Shown in pieces: positions 50,366 through 61,311 of a DNA stretch of 64,000 bases. The stretch lies in the NCBI GenBank assembly GCA_965228735.1, contig OZ245838.1, forward strand, positions 288,001 through 352,000, written 5' to 3'. Made by a program: the position numbers and the translations under genes. The notes beneath the pieces are model-generated. The model made no database searches, was not told the origin of the DNA, and saw only the letters and a list, made by a program, of their open reading frames with translations. This DNA is from Planctomycetota bacterium. Its GTDB lineage: Bacteria > Planctomycetota > UBA1135 > UBA2386. Position 1 is the first letter of the stretch; every line of letters begins with the position of its first letter.

Positions 50366-51655
50366 TCAATCCAGCACGCGGGCGGACTCGACGGGGCCGC
50401 GCGCCGTGAGCATCGTCGAACCGACGACCTGGCCGTCGGCCTCGTCCAGCCGCAGGCGAAACGCGTCGTCCGGGAAGCGCAGCAGGTTCGGCGCGAGGAG
50501 TTCGAGTCGATGGCGCATCGTCGCGCCGTCGCGTTGGAACCAGAGCGCGCCGTCCTCGTGGTCGAGCTGCCAGCCGTCGAACCGGCGGGCCATCGCCGCG
50601 AGCTGCTGCTGCGGCAGCGTGAGTGGTTCGGCGAGCCCCTCGCGGTGCCAGCGGTAGCGCTCCGCGTCGGCGTCGCTGTCGGCGTTCTCGATGAGCCCGT
50701 CGAGCGCGAGCCGGTGCGCGCGCCGCAGCGCGTCGCCGGCCGCGACCTCGACGTCCGGCACGACGCCCGTGCCTTCCCAGTTGGTGCCGCTGATCGGGTT
50801 GATCGCGCGGCCCTGCGGGACCCACATCTCGAAGCGCTCGTCGAGCGGGCGGAGGCCGCCCGGGTGAGCGCCGCCGCCCGTGACCTCGCCGACGATCGTC
50901 GCGCGTCCGAGCTGCTGCAGGTCGTAGGTGAACTCCTCCGCGGCCGAGAACGTGCGGCCGCTCGTCAGCACGAACATCGGGCGCTCGGGTCGGCGCTTCC
51001 CCGGCACGTGCGGCAGCGTCCAGAACTGGTCGATCTGCTCCTTGCCGCGCCAGAAGAACGAGTTGAGGTGCGTCGGCCGGGCGAAGAAGTAGCTGCACAG
51101 CAGCTGGATCATCGTCGGGCTGCCGCCCGTGTTCTGGCGCAGGTCGATGACGAGAGCGTCGGTGTTCTGCAGGAACCGCATCGCCGCGGTCGCCGCGTCG
51201 CCGGCCTGCTCGGCGGGCGCGAATCGCCGCAGGTCGAGGTAGCCGACGTTGCCGCCGAGGATCCGGACCTCGCGAAAGCCGAAGTTGTCGGCGTCGGGCC
51301 GCGGAGCGCGCTGGCGCGGCCGCCCCGCACCGCCGCTGCGTCGTTGGCGGATGCGCAGGTGCTTGTCCACGGTCACCGAGTGCAGATCCTGCGTCAGCGC
51401 GCGCGCGAACGCGTCAGGCTCGACGATCGCGTCGTAGGCGCCTTCCTGCAGCCGGGTGCGCAGCAGGGTCGCACACTCGGCCGCCTTCTCGGGAAAGACG
51501 TAGCGTTCCTCGAGCATCGCGATCGCGGCGTCGACCGTGGCGGCGCGGCCCTTGGCGTCGAGGCTCGGGGCGTCGAGTTCGGGAGTCGCGGATTGGGCGA
51601 GGAGGGTCGAAGCGAGCGCGATGGCGAGTGAGATCCGAACGACCGATCGTGGCAT
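50366..51655 (-). CDS. S41-family peptidase (IRBP-like), secreted
   Basis: DKHLR, NVGYLDL, IDLRQNTGG, TFSAAEEF, VGEVTGGGAHP, NWEGTGVVPD. Confidence 0.9.
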   Translation of the reverse strand: MPRSVVRISLAIALASTLLAQSATPELDAPSLDAKGRAATVDAAIAMLEERYVFPEKAAECATLLRTRLQEGAYDAIVEPDAFARALTQDLHSVTVDKHLRIRQRRSGGAGRPRQRAPRPDADNFGFREVRILGGNVGYLDLRRFAPAEQAGDAATAAMRFLQNTDALVIDLRQNTGGSPTMIQLLCSYFFARPTHLNSFFWRGKEQIDQFWTLPHVPGKRRPERPMFVLTSGRTFSAAEEFTYDLQQLGRATIVGEVTGGGAHPGGLRPLDERFEMWVPQGRAINPISGTNWEGTGVVPDVEVAAGDALRRAHRLALDGLIENADSDADAERYRWHREGLAEPLTLPQQQLAAMARRFDGWQLDHEDGALWFQRDGATMRHRLELLAPNLLRFPDDAFRLRLDEADGQVVGSTMLTARGPVESARVLD

Positions 51656-52544
51656 GGCGGGACCAATACGCACGACAATCGAAACTCGCGAGATGGCGGT
51701 ACCGAACCCTTGCGCCAGGCGAAGCCTGGACGGGAGAAATCATGACCTGACAGGAATGAGAACCCCGTATTGGAGTCCCGCGGGTGACGAAACCCGCCCG
51801 GCGAAGGCTAGCCACCAGCCGGAAGCGAGTCTTGCGTGGCGACCGGGTAACCGCCGCTGCGAAGCGTAGACAGCGAGGATGTGGGCGGCGCGACTGAGCC
51901 CCGAAAGTACCGACAGCGAGAGAGCCGACGTGGTGGGTTCATCGGAAGGCAACATGGAAGGGCCGCAACCGGCTTGGCCCGGAAGTCTCTCCGGGGTCCT
52001 GAGAACGACCGCACGCATCCATCGGACTCCCCAGGAACCTGGGATCCCCTCGATTGGTCCGATCGTCAACTCCGGCTGGGGCCCGGAAACCAACTCTCCA
52101 GGGCCGCGACGTCGTGTCCGCGTCGGTGCCGTCAAGGAATCCGGACACACGGCCGGTACCGCCGAGCGAAGGAAACGAAGCGACGCGGGACGCCAACGAG
52201 GGAGTCGGAGTGCGTCATAGTACCAAAGAGTCCGGGGAACCCGCCCCACGGGGACCCGGCGGAGGGAAGGGCGTCACCGGCGACAAGGAACCGCTGGACG
52301 GACCGACCACGGAGACGACGGGCTCCGAGCAGGTCTCCACGAAACTCCGGCGGGTAGCGGAGCTGGCGAGGCAGCGACCAGACCTGGTCCTGACCACACT
52401 GGCACACCACATGGACATCGCGCTTCTGCGGGAGGCGTATCGCCGCACGCAGAAGTCCAAAGCTCCTGGTGTCGACGGCGTCACGGCTCGCGACTGAACC
52501 GCCCCGGGTTTCTCGGAGGCTCCCAGACGTGAGAGGATGTAGCG

Positions 52545-53770
<1,226 letters not shown>

Positions 53771-54148
53771 CCGAGCCTCCGGAGAACCCGGGGCGGTTCA
53801 CGACTACGAGCAGGATCTCGAGGGCAACCTCGCGGACCTGCACGAACGCGCGAAGTCAGGGCGCTATCGCGCACCACCGGTCCGGCGCGTGCACATCCCG
53901 AAAGGGAAGGGTGGCACGCGTCCAATCGGAGTGCCGACGCTGGAGGACAAGGTCTTGCAGCGGGCGGTGACGCAAGTGATGGAGGCGGTATATGAGCAGG
54001 ACTTCTTGGACTGCTCGCACGGCTTCCGTCCCGGTCGCTCGCCGCACACGGCACTGGAATCGCTTTGGAAGCATGCGATGTCGATGGGTGGCGGCTGGCT
54101 GTTGGAAGTCGACATCCAAGGTTTCTTCGACAACCTGGAGCCGACCCA

Positions 54149-55573
54149 GGTAGTGCAGCATGCGTTCTGTAAACCGCCCGAGGCAGCTTGACGCAGTCGG
54201 CGGTGGTCGTCGCGGTTGGTCTGGGCGCTGCACCCTGGGTGCAGTGGCCAGGCCGACCGCGACGACCACCGCCGGCGCGGACGGATGCTTCAAGTCGGCG
54301 AGTCACGACGCTCAGCTTTTGTTAACCACAACGAAAGCAGAACGAAGTGACCCACCAATCCGAAAGTAGCACGCTCGACACCGTCTTGGAATCCATCGCA
54401 ACGCAGGGTCTGGGAGGGATCGCGGACGCGATCCGCGTCCTCGTGAACGAGGCCATGAAGATCGAGCGATCCGCGTTCCTGGGCGCCGGCCCAAACGAGC
54501 GCACCGAGTCACGACGGGGCTACGCCAACGGCTTCAAGCCGAAGACCGTGGCGACTCGCGTCGGCGCGATCGAGTTCGCCGTTCCGCAGGTCCGCGAGGC
54601 CGTCGACGGCGAGCGCTTCTATCCGACGGCACTCGAACGCGGGATTCGCTCGGAGCGCGCCCTGAAGCTCGCGGTCGCCGAGATGTACGTCCAGGGCGTC
54701 TCGACCCGCAAGGTCGCCGCGATCACCGAGGAGCTCTGCGGAGTACAGGTGTCGTCCCAGCAGGTCTCCCGGGCCGCCGCGGCACTCGACGACGAGCTGC
54801 AGCAGTGGCGGATGCGCGAGCTCGGCCGGTGCCGCTACCTGGTCCTCGATGCCCGCTACGAAAAGGTCCGGCACGCCGGCTCCGTCATGAGCGCGGCCGT
54901 CCTGATCGCGACGGGCGTCGATGATGCAGGCCATCGCTCGGTCCTCGGCGTCAGCGTGTCGCGCTCGGAAGCCGAGGTCCACTGGCGCGACTTCCTCGAC
55001 AGCCTGCGTGAACGTGGCCTGCACGGGCTCGGACTCGTCGTCAGTGACGACCACTCTGGCCTCCGCCAAGCTTTGGCGGCGAGCTTTCCCGGAGTCGCCT
55101 GGCAACGCTGCCAGTTCCACCTGCAACGCAACGCCGCTCCACGAGTGCCGACCGTCTCGTTGCGCCCGTCGATCGCTCGTGGACTTCGTGCGGTCTTCAA
55201 CGCTCCAGACCGACCTGAGGCCGAACGGCTTCTTGATAGGCTTCTGGAGGATCACGCGGAAACCGCTCCCGACTTTGTCCGGTGGGCTCGCGACAACGTC
55301 CCCGACGGCTTCGCTGTCTTCGCGATCCCGGCGACGCACCGTCGCTGCCTTCGCACGACCAACATGCTCGAGCGCCTCAACAAGGAGCTCCTGCGCCGCA
55401 CCCGCGTTGCGACGCTCTTCCCCAACGACGCCTCTCTTCTCCGGCTCGCCACCGCGGTCCTCATGGAGATCAGCGAGGACTGGGTGACTGGCCGTCGCTA
55501 TCTCTCCATGGACGCTGAGTGAAATGATTCGCCGACTATGGGCTCGCTCTTACAGAACGAATGTTGCTTTGCC
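54149..55573 (+). mobile_element. IS256-family element, 1425 bp
   Basis: Imperfect 24-bp IRs (GGTAGTGCAGCATGCGTTCTGTAA / GGCAAAGCAACATTCGTTCTGTAA); 8-bp target duplication CCGACCCA at 54141-54148 and 55574-55581. Confidence 0.95.
54347..55522 (+). CDS. IS256-family (Mutator) transposase
   Basis: NG...K...TRVG, MYVQGVSTRKV, LVLDARYEK, VSDDHSGL, WQRCQFH, TTNMLERLNKE; GTG start. Confidence 0.95.
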   Translation: MTHQSESSTLDTVLESIATQGLGGIADAIRVLVNEAMKIERSAFLGAGPNERTESRRGYANGFKPKTVATRVGAIEFAVPQVREAVDGERFYPTALERGIRSERALKLAVAEMYVQGVSTRKVAAITEELCGVQVSSQQVSRAAAALDDELQQWRMRELGRCRYLVLDARYEKVRHAGSVMSAAVLIATGVDDAGHRSVLGVSVSRSEAEVHWRDFLDSLRERGLHGLGLVVSDDHSGLRQALAASFPGVAWQRCQFHLQRNAAPRVPTVSLRPSIARGLRAVFNAPDRPEAERLLDRLLEDHAETAPDFVRWARDNVPDGFAVFAIPATHRRCLRTTNMLERLNKELLRRTRVATLFPNDASLLRLATAVLMEISEDWVTGRRYLSMDAE

Positions 55574-56444
55574 CCGACCCATCTGCGAGCGATCCTCGAC
55601 CAGCGGGTGCGCGACGGAGTGTTCCGTCGACTGATCGACAAGTGGCTGAAGGCGGGGGTGCAGGAGGACGGTGCGCTGCATCGCTCTCGCAAAGGCACCC
55701 CACAAGGAGGCGTGATTTCGCCGCTGCTGGCGAACATCTATTTGCACGCAGTGCTGGACCGTTGGTTTGTCGAGGAAGTCAAGCCGAGGCTTGCCGGTCG
55801 CGCGGAGTTGGTCCGCTATGCGGACGACTTCGTGATCCTGTTTGCCGTCGAAGCCGATGCACGTGCGATGTCGTCGATCCTGGCCCAAAGGCTCGGGCGC
55901 TTCGGCCTCACACTGCATCCGGACAAGACCCGGTTAGTCCGCTTCCAACCGCCCGAAGACGGCGCGGCGGGGAGCGGCACTTTCGACTTCCTGGGCTTCA
56001 CCCATCACTGGTCACGCTCCCGGCGCGGCCGATGGACCGTGCAGCGGCGCACCACACGACACGTCGTGACCCGTACCCTGACTGGGCTACGGGATTGGTG
56101 CCGTCGCAATCGGCACGACAAGGTCCGCGTCCAGTACTCCACCCTGTGCTCGAAGCTACGGGGGCACTACCTCTACTTCGGCGTGACCGGCAACTCTGCT
56201 GCGTTACGTCGCGTATGGTACGAGGCCCGTCGCATCTGGCATCGGTGGCTGAGCCGGCGCTCGCGGGCGGCCTACATGTCGTGGGCCCGCTTCGAGCAAC
56301 TGCTGCGTGCATACCCGCTTCCTCCGCCCCGGCTGACCCGGTCGGTCTACGCAGCGAGCCCTTGTCGCTGACGAGCCGGATGCGTTAGCCGCGCACGTCC
56401 GGATCTGTGGGAGCCCTGGGGGGAGACCCCCAGGGCCACCCGGC

Positions 56445-56508
56445 GTTTCAAATCCGCCACCCGGCCGCCGGAGCGTGGCGGATTTGAAACGGGTTCGGTA
56501 CCGCCATC
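56445..56508. repeat. Remainder of a perfect 34-bp inverted repeat (REP-like) whose first 18 nt lie at 51692-51709
   Basis: GATGGCGGTACCGAACCC|GTTTCAAATCCGCCAC is the exact reverse complement of GTGGCGGATTTGAAACGGGTTCGGTACCGCCATC (56475-56508); 14-nt loop. Confidence 0.92.
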
Positions 56509-56527
56509 CGTATGCTGCGGCCTCGCC

Positions 56528-58555
56528 ATGTTGGATCCGCTCGCCGTCGTTCGTTTCGTTCTCGCCGCCGTCGCTGTGCTCGCGCTCGTGTCCGCCCAGC
56601 AGGTGCCCGAACCCGCGTTGCGGACCGCGCCCGCGCACCTGCGGGACGGGCAGCTGAGTGAGCGCCGCGCGATCCGTCGTGACATCCCACTGACCCGTTC
56701 GATCCGGCGCGCGTTCGCGGCGGGCACGCGGGACTTCACGGGCCGACCCGGGCAGAACTACTGGCAGCTCGAGACCGACTTCACGATCCATGCCAGGCTC
56801 GATCGGGAGAACCACGCGATCGTCGGCAGCGAAACGATCGTGGTGCACAACAACAGCCCCGATCCGCTGTTGCGCATCGTGCTGCGGCTCGATCACAACC
56901 TGTTCCGCGCGCGCCAGCAGCGCGGCTCGTCGGTGCCAGCGGAACTCACCGACGGCATGGTCGTGAAGCGGCTCGCGGTGAATGGCACCGAGGTCGATCT
57001 CACGGCGCGGCCGCGACGCGGGCGCGGGGCCGCGGACCAGATCACCGTCGGTGGCCTGGAGAGCACGGTCGCGGCCGTTCGGCTCGTCGACCCCGTGGCA
57101 CCTGGCGCGAAGGTCACGCTCGCCATCGACTGGTCGACGCGCCTGCCCGGTGGCAGCGGGGGGCGCGGGCATCGCATGACGCAGCGCTGGGAGGATCGCG
57201 TCTATCAGCCGACGCAGTGGTTCCCGCGCCTCGCGAAGTACGACGACCTCAACGGCTGGGACACGAGCCCGTATCTCGGGCCCGCCGAGTTCTACAACAA
57301 CTTCGGCCGCTTCGACGTGCGTATCGACGTGCCGGCCGGCTGGCTCGTGTCCGCGACCGGCGTGCTGCAGAACGCGGCCGAGGTGCTCGCGCCGGCGGTG
57401 CGCGAGCGGCTCGGGACCGTGCTCGACAGCGACGCCGAGGTGGCGATCGTCGCGCCCGGCGAGCGCGGGGCTGGCACGGCGACGGCAGCCGGCGGTCGGC
57501 TCGTCTGGCGCTTCGTCGCGGACAAGGTCAACGACTTCGCGTGGGCGACGTCGGCCGAGTACGAGTGGCGCGCCACGCGCGCGACGATCCCGGGCAAGGG
57601 GCCGGTGCCGATCCACATGCTCTTCCTGCCCGAGCGCGCGCGGCGGTACGCGCGGGCCGGCGAGGTGACGCGCCACGCGCTCGAGTTCTACTCCGAGAAG
57701 TTCGGCGCGTATCCGTTCCCGCAGATCACGCTGCAGGACGGTCCGAGCTCGGGCATGGAGTATCCGATGGTGCTGAACAGCAACCAGGGCGCGGCCGATC
57801 ACGAGGCGGCGCACCAATGGTGGCCGATGATGGTCGGCACCGACGAGACCACCTACGGCTGGATGGACGAGGGCTTCAACGTCTACATGAACGCGTGGTC
57901 GGGTGCGCATCGCCGCGGGCGAGCTGCCAGCTTCGACGGCCGCGGCGCCCTCTACGGTCAGCGCGCGGGGGACGAGAGCGAGCCGCCGATGATGTGGGAC
58001 GCCAACTACGCGGGGCCGCAGTACGGCTTCCAGACCTACATGAAGACCTCGCTGATGCTGTCCATGCTCGGCGGCATCGTCGGCGACGAAGCCGTGCAGC
58101 AGGTCATGAAGGAGTACGCGGAGACCTGGGCGTTCAAGCACCCCTCGCCCTGGGACTTCGCGTTCTTCGTGAGTTCCGAGCTCGAGCGCGACCTCGGCTG
58201 GTTCTTCTACTACTGGCTCTTCACGACGGATGCGGTCGACGGCTCGATCCAGGACGTCGCGCGTGACGGCGACGACACGATCGTGACCGTGCACCAGGCC
58301 GGGCAGATGCCGTCCCCGGTCGTGCTCCGCGTCGAGTTCGCGACCGACGGCCCGGCGATCCAGCCGATGGGCAACGCGCGCCTGGTCGAGGACAACGTCG
58401 CGATCGTGACCTGGCCCGTCGACGTGTGGTTCGACGGCGATCGCAAGTTCGCCGCCCGCCTCACGTTCGGCGGTCGCGCGATCGAGAAGATCACGCTGGA
58501 TCCGTTCGGCCGCTTCCCGGACGCCACGAAGGACGACAACGTCTGGCCGCGGTGA
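56528..58555 (+). CDS. M1-family (gluzincin) metallopeptidase, secreted
   Basis: Signal peptide, PGQNYWQ, QWFPR, GMEYPM, HEAAHQWW...WMDEGFN, FKHPSPWDF. Confidence 0.92.
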   Translation: MLDPLAVVRFVLAAVAVLALVSAQQVPEPALRTAPAHLRDGQLSERRAIRRDIPLTRSIRRAFAAGTRDFTGRPGQNYWQLETDFTIHARLDRENHAIVGSETIVVHNNSPDPLLRIVLRLDHNLFRARQQRGSSVPAELTDGMVVKRLAVNGTEVDLTARPRRGRGAADQITVGGLESTVAAVRLVDPVAPGAKVTLAIDWSTRLPGGSGGRGHRMTQRWEDRVYQPTQWFPRLAKYDDLNGWDTSPYLGPAEFYNNFGRFDVRIDVPAGWLVSATGVLQNAAEVLAPAVRERLGTVLDSDAEVAIVAPGERGAGTATAAGGRLVWRFVADKVNDFAWATSAEYEWRATRATIPGKGPVPIHMLFLPERARRYARAGEVTRHALEFYSEKFGAYPFPQITLQDGPSSGMEYPMVLNSNQGAADHEAAHQWWPMMVGTDETTYGWMDEGFNVYMNAWSGAHRRGRAASFDGRGALYGQRAGDESEPPMMWDANYAGPQYGFQTYMKTSLMLSMLGGIVGDEAVQQVMKEYAETWAFKHPSPWDFAFFVSSELERDLGWFFYYWLFTTDAVDGSIQDVARDGDDTIVTVHQAGQMPSPVVLRVEFATDGPAIQPMGNARLVEDNVAIVTWPVDVWFDGDRKFAARLTFGGRAIEKITLDPFGRFPDATKDDNVWPR

Positions 58556-58582
58556 GGCCCACACCCCGCGGACGATTGACCT

Positions 58583-58677
58583 GCCGTACGGTACCTGGTT
58601 CATGCTGCCGGCCGCGAGGGCGTTGCCGTGCCGGTGGCGTTACGGCGGCCGGCAGCATGAACCAGGTACCGTACGGC
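58583..58677. repeat. REP-like element, perfect 33-bp inverted repeat (copy A)
   Basis: Arms GCCGTACGGTACCTGGTTCATGCTGCCGGCCGC at 58583-58615 and 58645-58677; 29-nt loop. Confidence 0.92.
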
Positions 58678-58693
58678 CGGGTATCCTCGCGGC

Positions 58694-59422
58694 ATGGCCG
58701 AGTTCCGTTACCCGAACGAGTCCGAGGAGTATCGCAGCAAGCGTGACGAACTCCTCGCCAAGGAAGTCGAGCTGCGCGCGCAGGCCGAGGCGGTCGCAGA
58801 GCTGCGGCGCGAGCTGCCGCGCGGCGGGCGCGTGCCGGACGGCTACGTGTTCGAGAGGGTCGGGCAGGACGGTGAGGTCCTGCAGGTGCCGTTCGCGGAG
58901 CTGTTCGGTGAACGCGACCAGCTGCTCGTCTACACGATGATGTTCGGGCCCGACTGGGACGCGGCGTGTCCGTCGTGCACCTCGATCGTCGACGGCATCG
59001 ACAGCAACTACGTGCCCGTGAGCAACGAGAGCGCCGTCGCGATCGTTGCGGCGGCTCGGTCCGAGCAGCTGCGCGACTTCGCGGCCTTTCGGGGCTGGCG
59101 CGTGCCCGTGCTGTCGGCTCGGTCGGGCGCCGGGGACCGCGACTACATCCGCGACTACTTCCCGTATCCCGATGCCACGGACATGGCGCTCGCGAGCTGC
59201 ATGAACTCGTTCGAGCGCACCGCGGACGGTGACTTCCACGTGTGGGGGAGCGAGCTGCTGAACCACCCGATGGAGAACGGCCATCCGCGCCACGTCGACC
59301 CGATCTGGCCGCTGTGGAACCTGCTCGACATGACGCGCGGCGGGCGCGGTCGGCGGTCGACGCCGCGCCAGGACTTCGAGCACCGGTATTTCACGGAGAA
59401 CGTGTTCCGGGAGCCCGAGTAG
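58694..59422 (+). CDS. DUF899 family thioredoxin-like protein
   Basis: LLAKEVELR...RRELP...YVF...ELFG...QLLVY..MFGP.W...CPSCT...W.LLDMT..GR. Confidence 0.88.
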   Translation: MAEFRYPNESEEYRSKRDELLAKEVELRAQAEAVAELRRELPRGGRVPDGYVFERVGQDGEVLQVPFAELFGERDQLLVYTMMFGPDWDAACPSCTSIVDGIDSNYVPVSNESAVAIVAAARSEQLRDFAAFRGWRVPVLSARSGAGDRDYIRDYFPYPDATDMALASCMNSFERTADGDFHVWGSELLNHPMENGHPRHVDPIWPLWNLLDMTRGGRGRRSTPRQDFEHRYFTENVFREPE

Positions 59423-59539
59423 CTGCCGTACGGTACCTAGTAGCTGCCGTACGGTACCTGGTTCATGCTGCCGGCCGCGAGGGCGTTGCCTTGCCGGCGG
59501 CGTGCGGCGGCCGGCAGCATGAACCAGGTACCGTACGGC
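59418..59539. repeat. REP-like element copy B, preceded by a 21-nt partial tandem duplication
   Basis: Arms at 59446-59478 and 59507-59539 are identical to copy A; AGTAGCTGCCGTACGGTACCT occurs twice (59418, 59439). Confidence 0.92.
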
Positions 59540-59647
59540 CAGAACCCGATTCTCGCGTCATCGGCGTGCGCTCTGGCACGGCTGGGTCTTGGGGTGGTGA
59601 ACCCGATTCACCACCAACCCCGACTCACCACCGACCCACGACCAGCC

Positions 59648-61093
59648 ATGACCATCCGTTCCAGCGTTCTCCTGCTCTCCCTCACCTTCGCACTCGGCGG
59701 CAACCTGCTCGCGCAGGGGCCGCACATGCTCTTCACCACGACCCAGACCGAGACGACGCTGTCCGGCAGCGGCGGCACCGTGCTCGACACGATCCGGCCG
59801 AACGAGATCGCGGCGCTCGAGTTCGGCGCCATGCCGTGCACGGCGCTGTCCGCCGAGAAGTGGGCGCCGCGCACGATGTTCCACACCCAGGCGGGTGACG
59901 CGGACAACGACGACTCGATCTTCGAGAGCAACCTGTTCGGCCGCATCGACGCGGTGCTCGCCGGTATGACGCCGACGCCAGCACCCCAGCAGAACCAGCG
60001 CACGATCTACTACTCGGTGTCGCAGCCGATGGGGCTCACCGTGAGCGGCGCGCCCGGCTTCCGCCCCGGCGACGTGGCGCGGATCGCCCGCACGGGCGTC
60101 GGCGGCGACGGCCAGATCGAGTACTTCCTCACGCAGGAGGACCTGCACAACGCGCTCGGTCTGCCGGCCACGGCGCCGGCCGTGAACCTCGACGCCTGCG
60201 CGTGGGGTCCCAACTTCGGCGTGTTCTTCTCGATCGAGAACGACCGCGTCTGCAACCTGCTCGGCAGCGGCGCGACGCTCGTCCAGGACGGCGACATCCT
60301 CTGCATCCCGGCCGCCTCGCTCGGCTGGACCCCGCAGATGACGGTGGCCGGCACGCTCGCCGGTGGCGCCGTCGTGATCTACACCGAGCCGCAGGTCGAC
60401 CAGATGGTCATGAACGCGCGGATCACGAATCGCGACGGCGTGTGCCAGAGCCAGATCGGCGACACGGATGCGCTCGAGGTCGACTGGGCCAACAGCTTCG
60501 CGATGAACGTGCCGAGCGGCTACGGCCCGATCGTCACCGTCCCGCATCTGATCTTCGCCGGTCAGAACCTCACGGGCGGCGGCGTGCTCAACACGATCCA
60601 GTTCGCCTCGATCCACGTCGAGATGTGTGGTCAGCTCGGCACGAACTGCACGTTCGGTCCGACGCTCGGCGACCAGATCGGCCTGACGCCGCCGGCGGCG
60701 ACGCAGGGCATCGCCAGTTCCGTCAACGGCATCGCGCTGAGTCGCATCTGCCGCTTCGTGACCGAGCCGCAGCAGCACCAGATCCCGGTCGGCAACCCGA
60801 TCGAGCTCGACATCGCCTCGCCGGGGCCGTTGACCTGGATCCTGCTGTCCTTCGCGCCGGCCGGCCCCGGCGTCGTGTCGCCGTCGCAGCCGTTCCCCTG
60901 GGGCTTCTTCTGCTACCCCGACTACTACGCGCTGCCGACCGTCGTGCTCGGCCCGGTCCCGACGGCGGGTGGCTTCGGCACCTACACCAGCCCCGGCATC
61001 CCGTGGCCCGTCGACTTCGTGCTGCAGGGCGTGACGATCACGACGGCCGGCTTCATCGAGGCGAGCACGCCGTCCACGGTCGAGGTCTTCTGA
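59648..61093 (+). CDS. Secreted hypothetical protein, paralog 1
   Basis: Signal peptide ...NLLA|QG; repeated D-A/FS..D/DGD.L beta motifs; highly similar to the next ORF. Confidence 0.85.
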   Translation: MTIRSSVLLLSLTFALGGNLLAQGPHMLFTTTQTETTLSGSGGTVLDTIRPNEIAALEFGAMPCTALSAEKWAPRTMFHTQAGDADNDDSIFESNLFGRIDAVLAGMTPTPAPQQNQRTIYYSVSQPMGLTVSGAPGFRPGDVARIARTGVGGDGQIEYFLTQEDLHNALGLPATAPAVNLDACAWGPNFGVFFSIENDRVCNLLGSGATLVQDGDILCIPAASLGWTPQMTVAGTLAGGAVVIYTEPQVDQMVMNARITNRDGVCQSQIGDTDALEVDWANSFAMNVPSGYGPIVTVPHLIFAGQNLTGGGVLNTIQFASIHVEMCGQLGTNCTFGPTLGDQIGLTPPAATQGIASSVNGIALSRICRFVTEPQQHQIPVGNPIELDIASPGPLTWILLSFAPAGPGVVSPSQPFPWGFFCYPDYYALPTVVLGPVPTAGGFGTYTSPGIPWPVDFVLQGVTITTAGFIEASTPSTVEVF

Positions 61094-61120
61094 TCGACCT
61101 CCCAGCCGGCATGCCGGACT

Positions 61121-61171
61121 CCGACACCCGCGCGCGGTCGCCCGATGGCGGCCGGGCGCGGGCTCGGTTTT
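61121..61171 (+). terminator. Probable intrinsic terminator
   Basis: Long GC hairpin (CCCGCGCGCGGTCGCC/GGCGGCCGGGCGCGGG) closed by CCGA/TCGG and followed by TTTT. Confidence 0.5.
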
Positions 61172-61311
61172 GGTGAGAACGGGCGCCGCTGGCCCCGCTC
61201 GCGGACGGTTGCGGGAGGGGGCGTGATTTCTCGCGCCGCGCGCGTGCGCTCCGCCGCAGCTGGTTCTTCCTGGAGTGAAGCAACGATCACCACCAAGAAC
61301 CCGAACCAGCC

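Noticed and set aside
52154..52163. CGGTACCGCC in intron domain II complementary to 10 nt of the 5' exon
   Set aside because: It lies in a region that probably forms its own intron structure, and the palindromic GGTACC core makes chance matches likely. Canonical EBS1/EBS2 already explain targeting.
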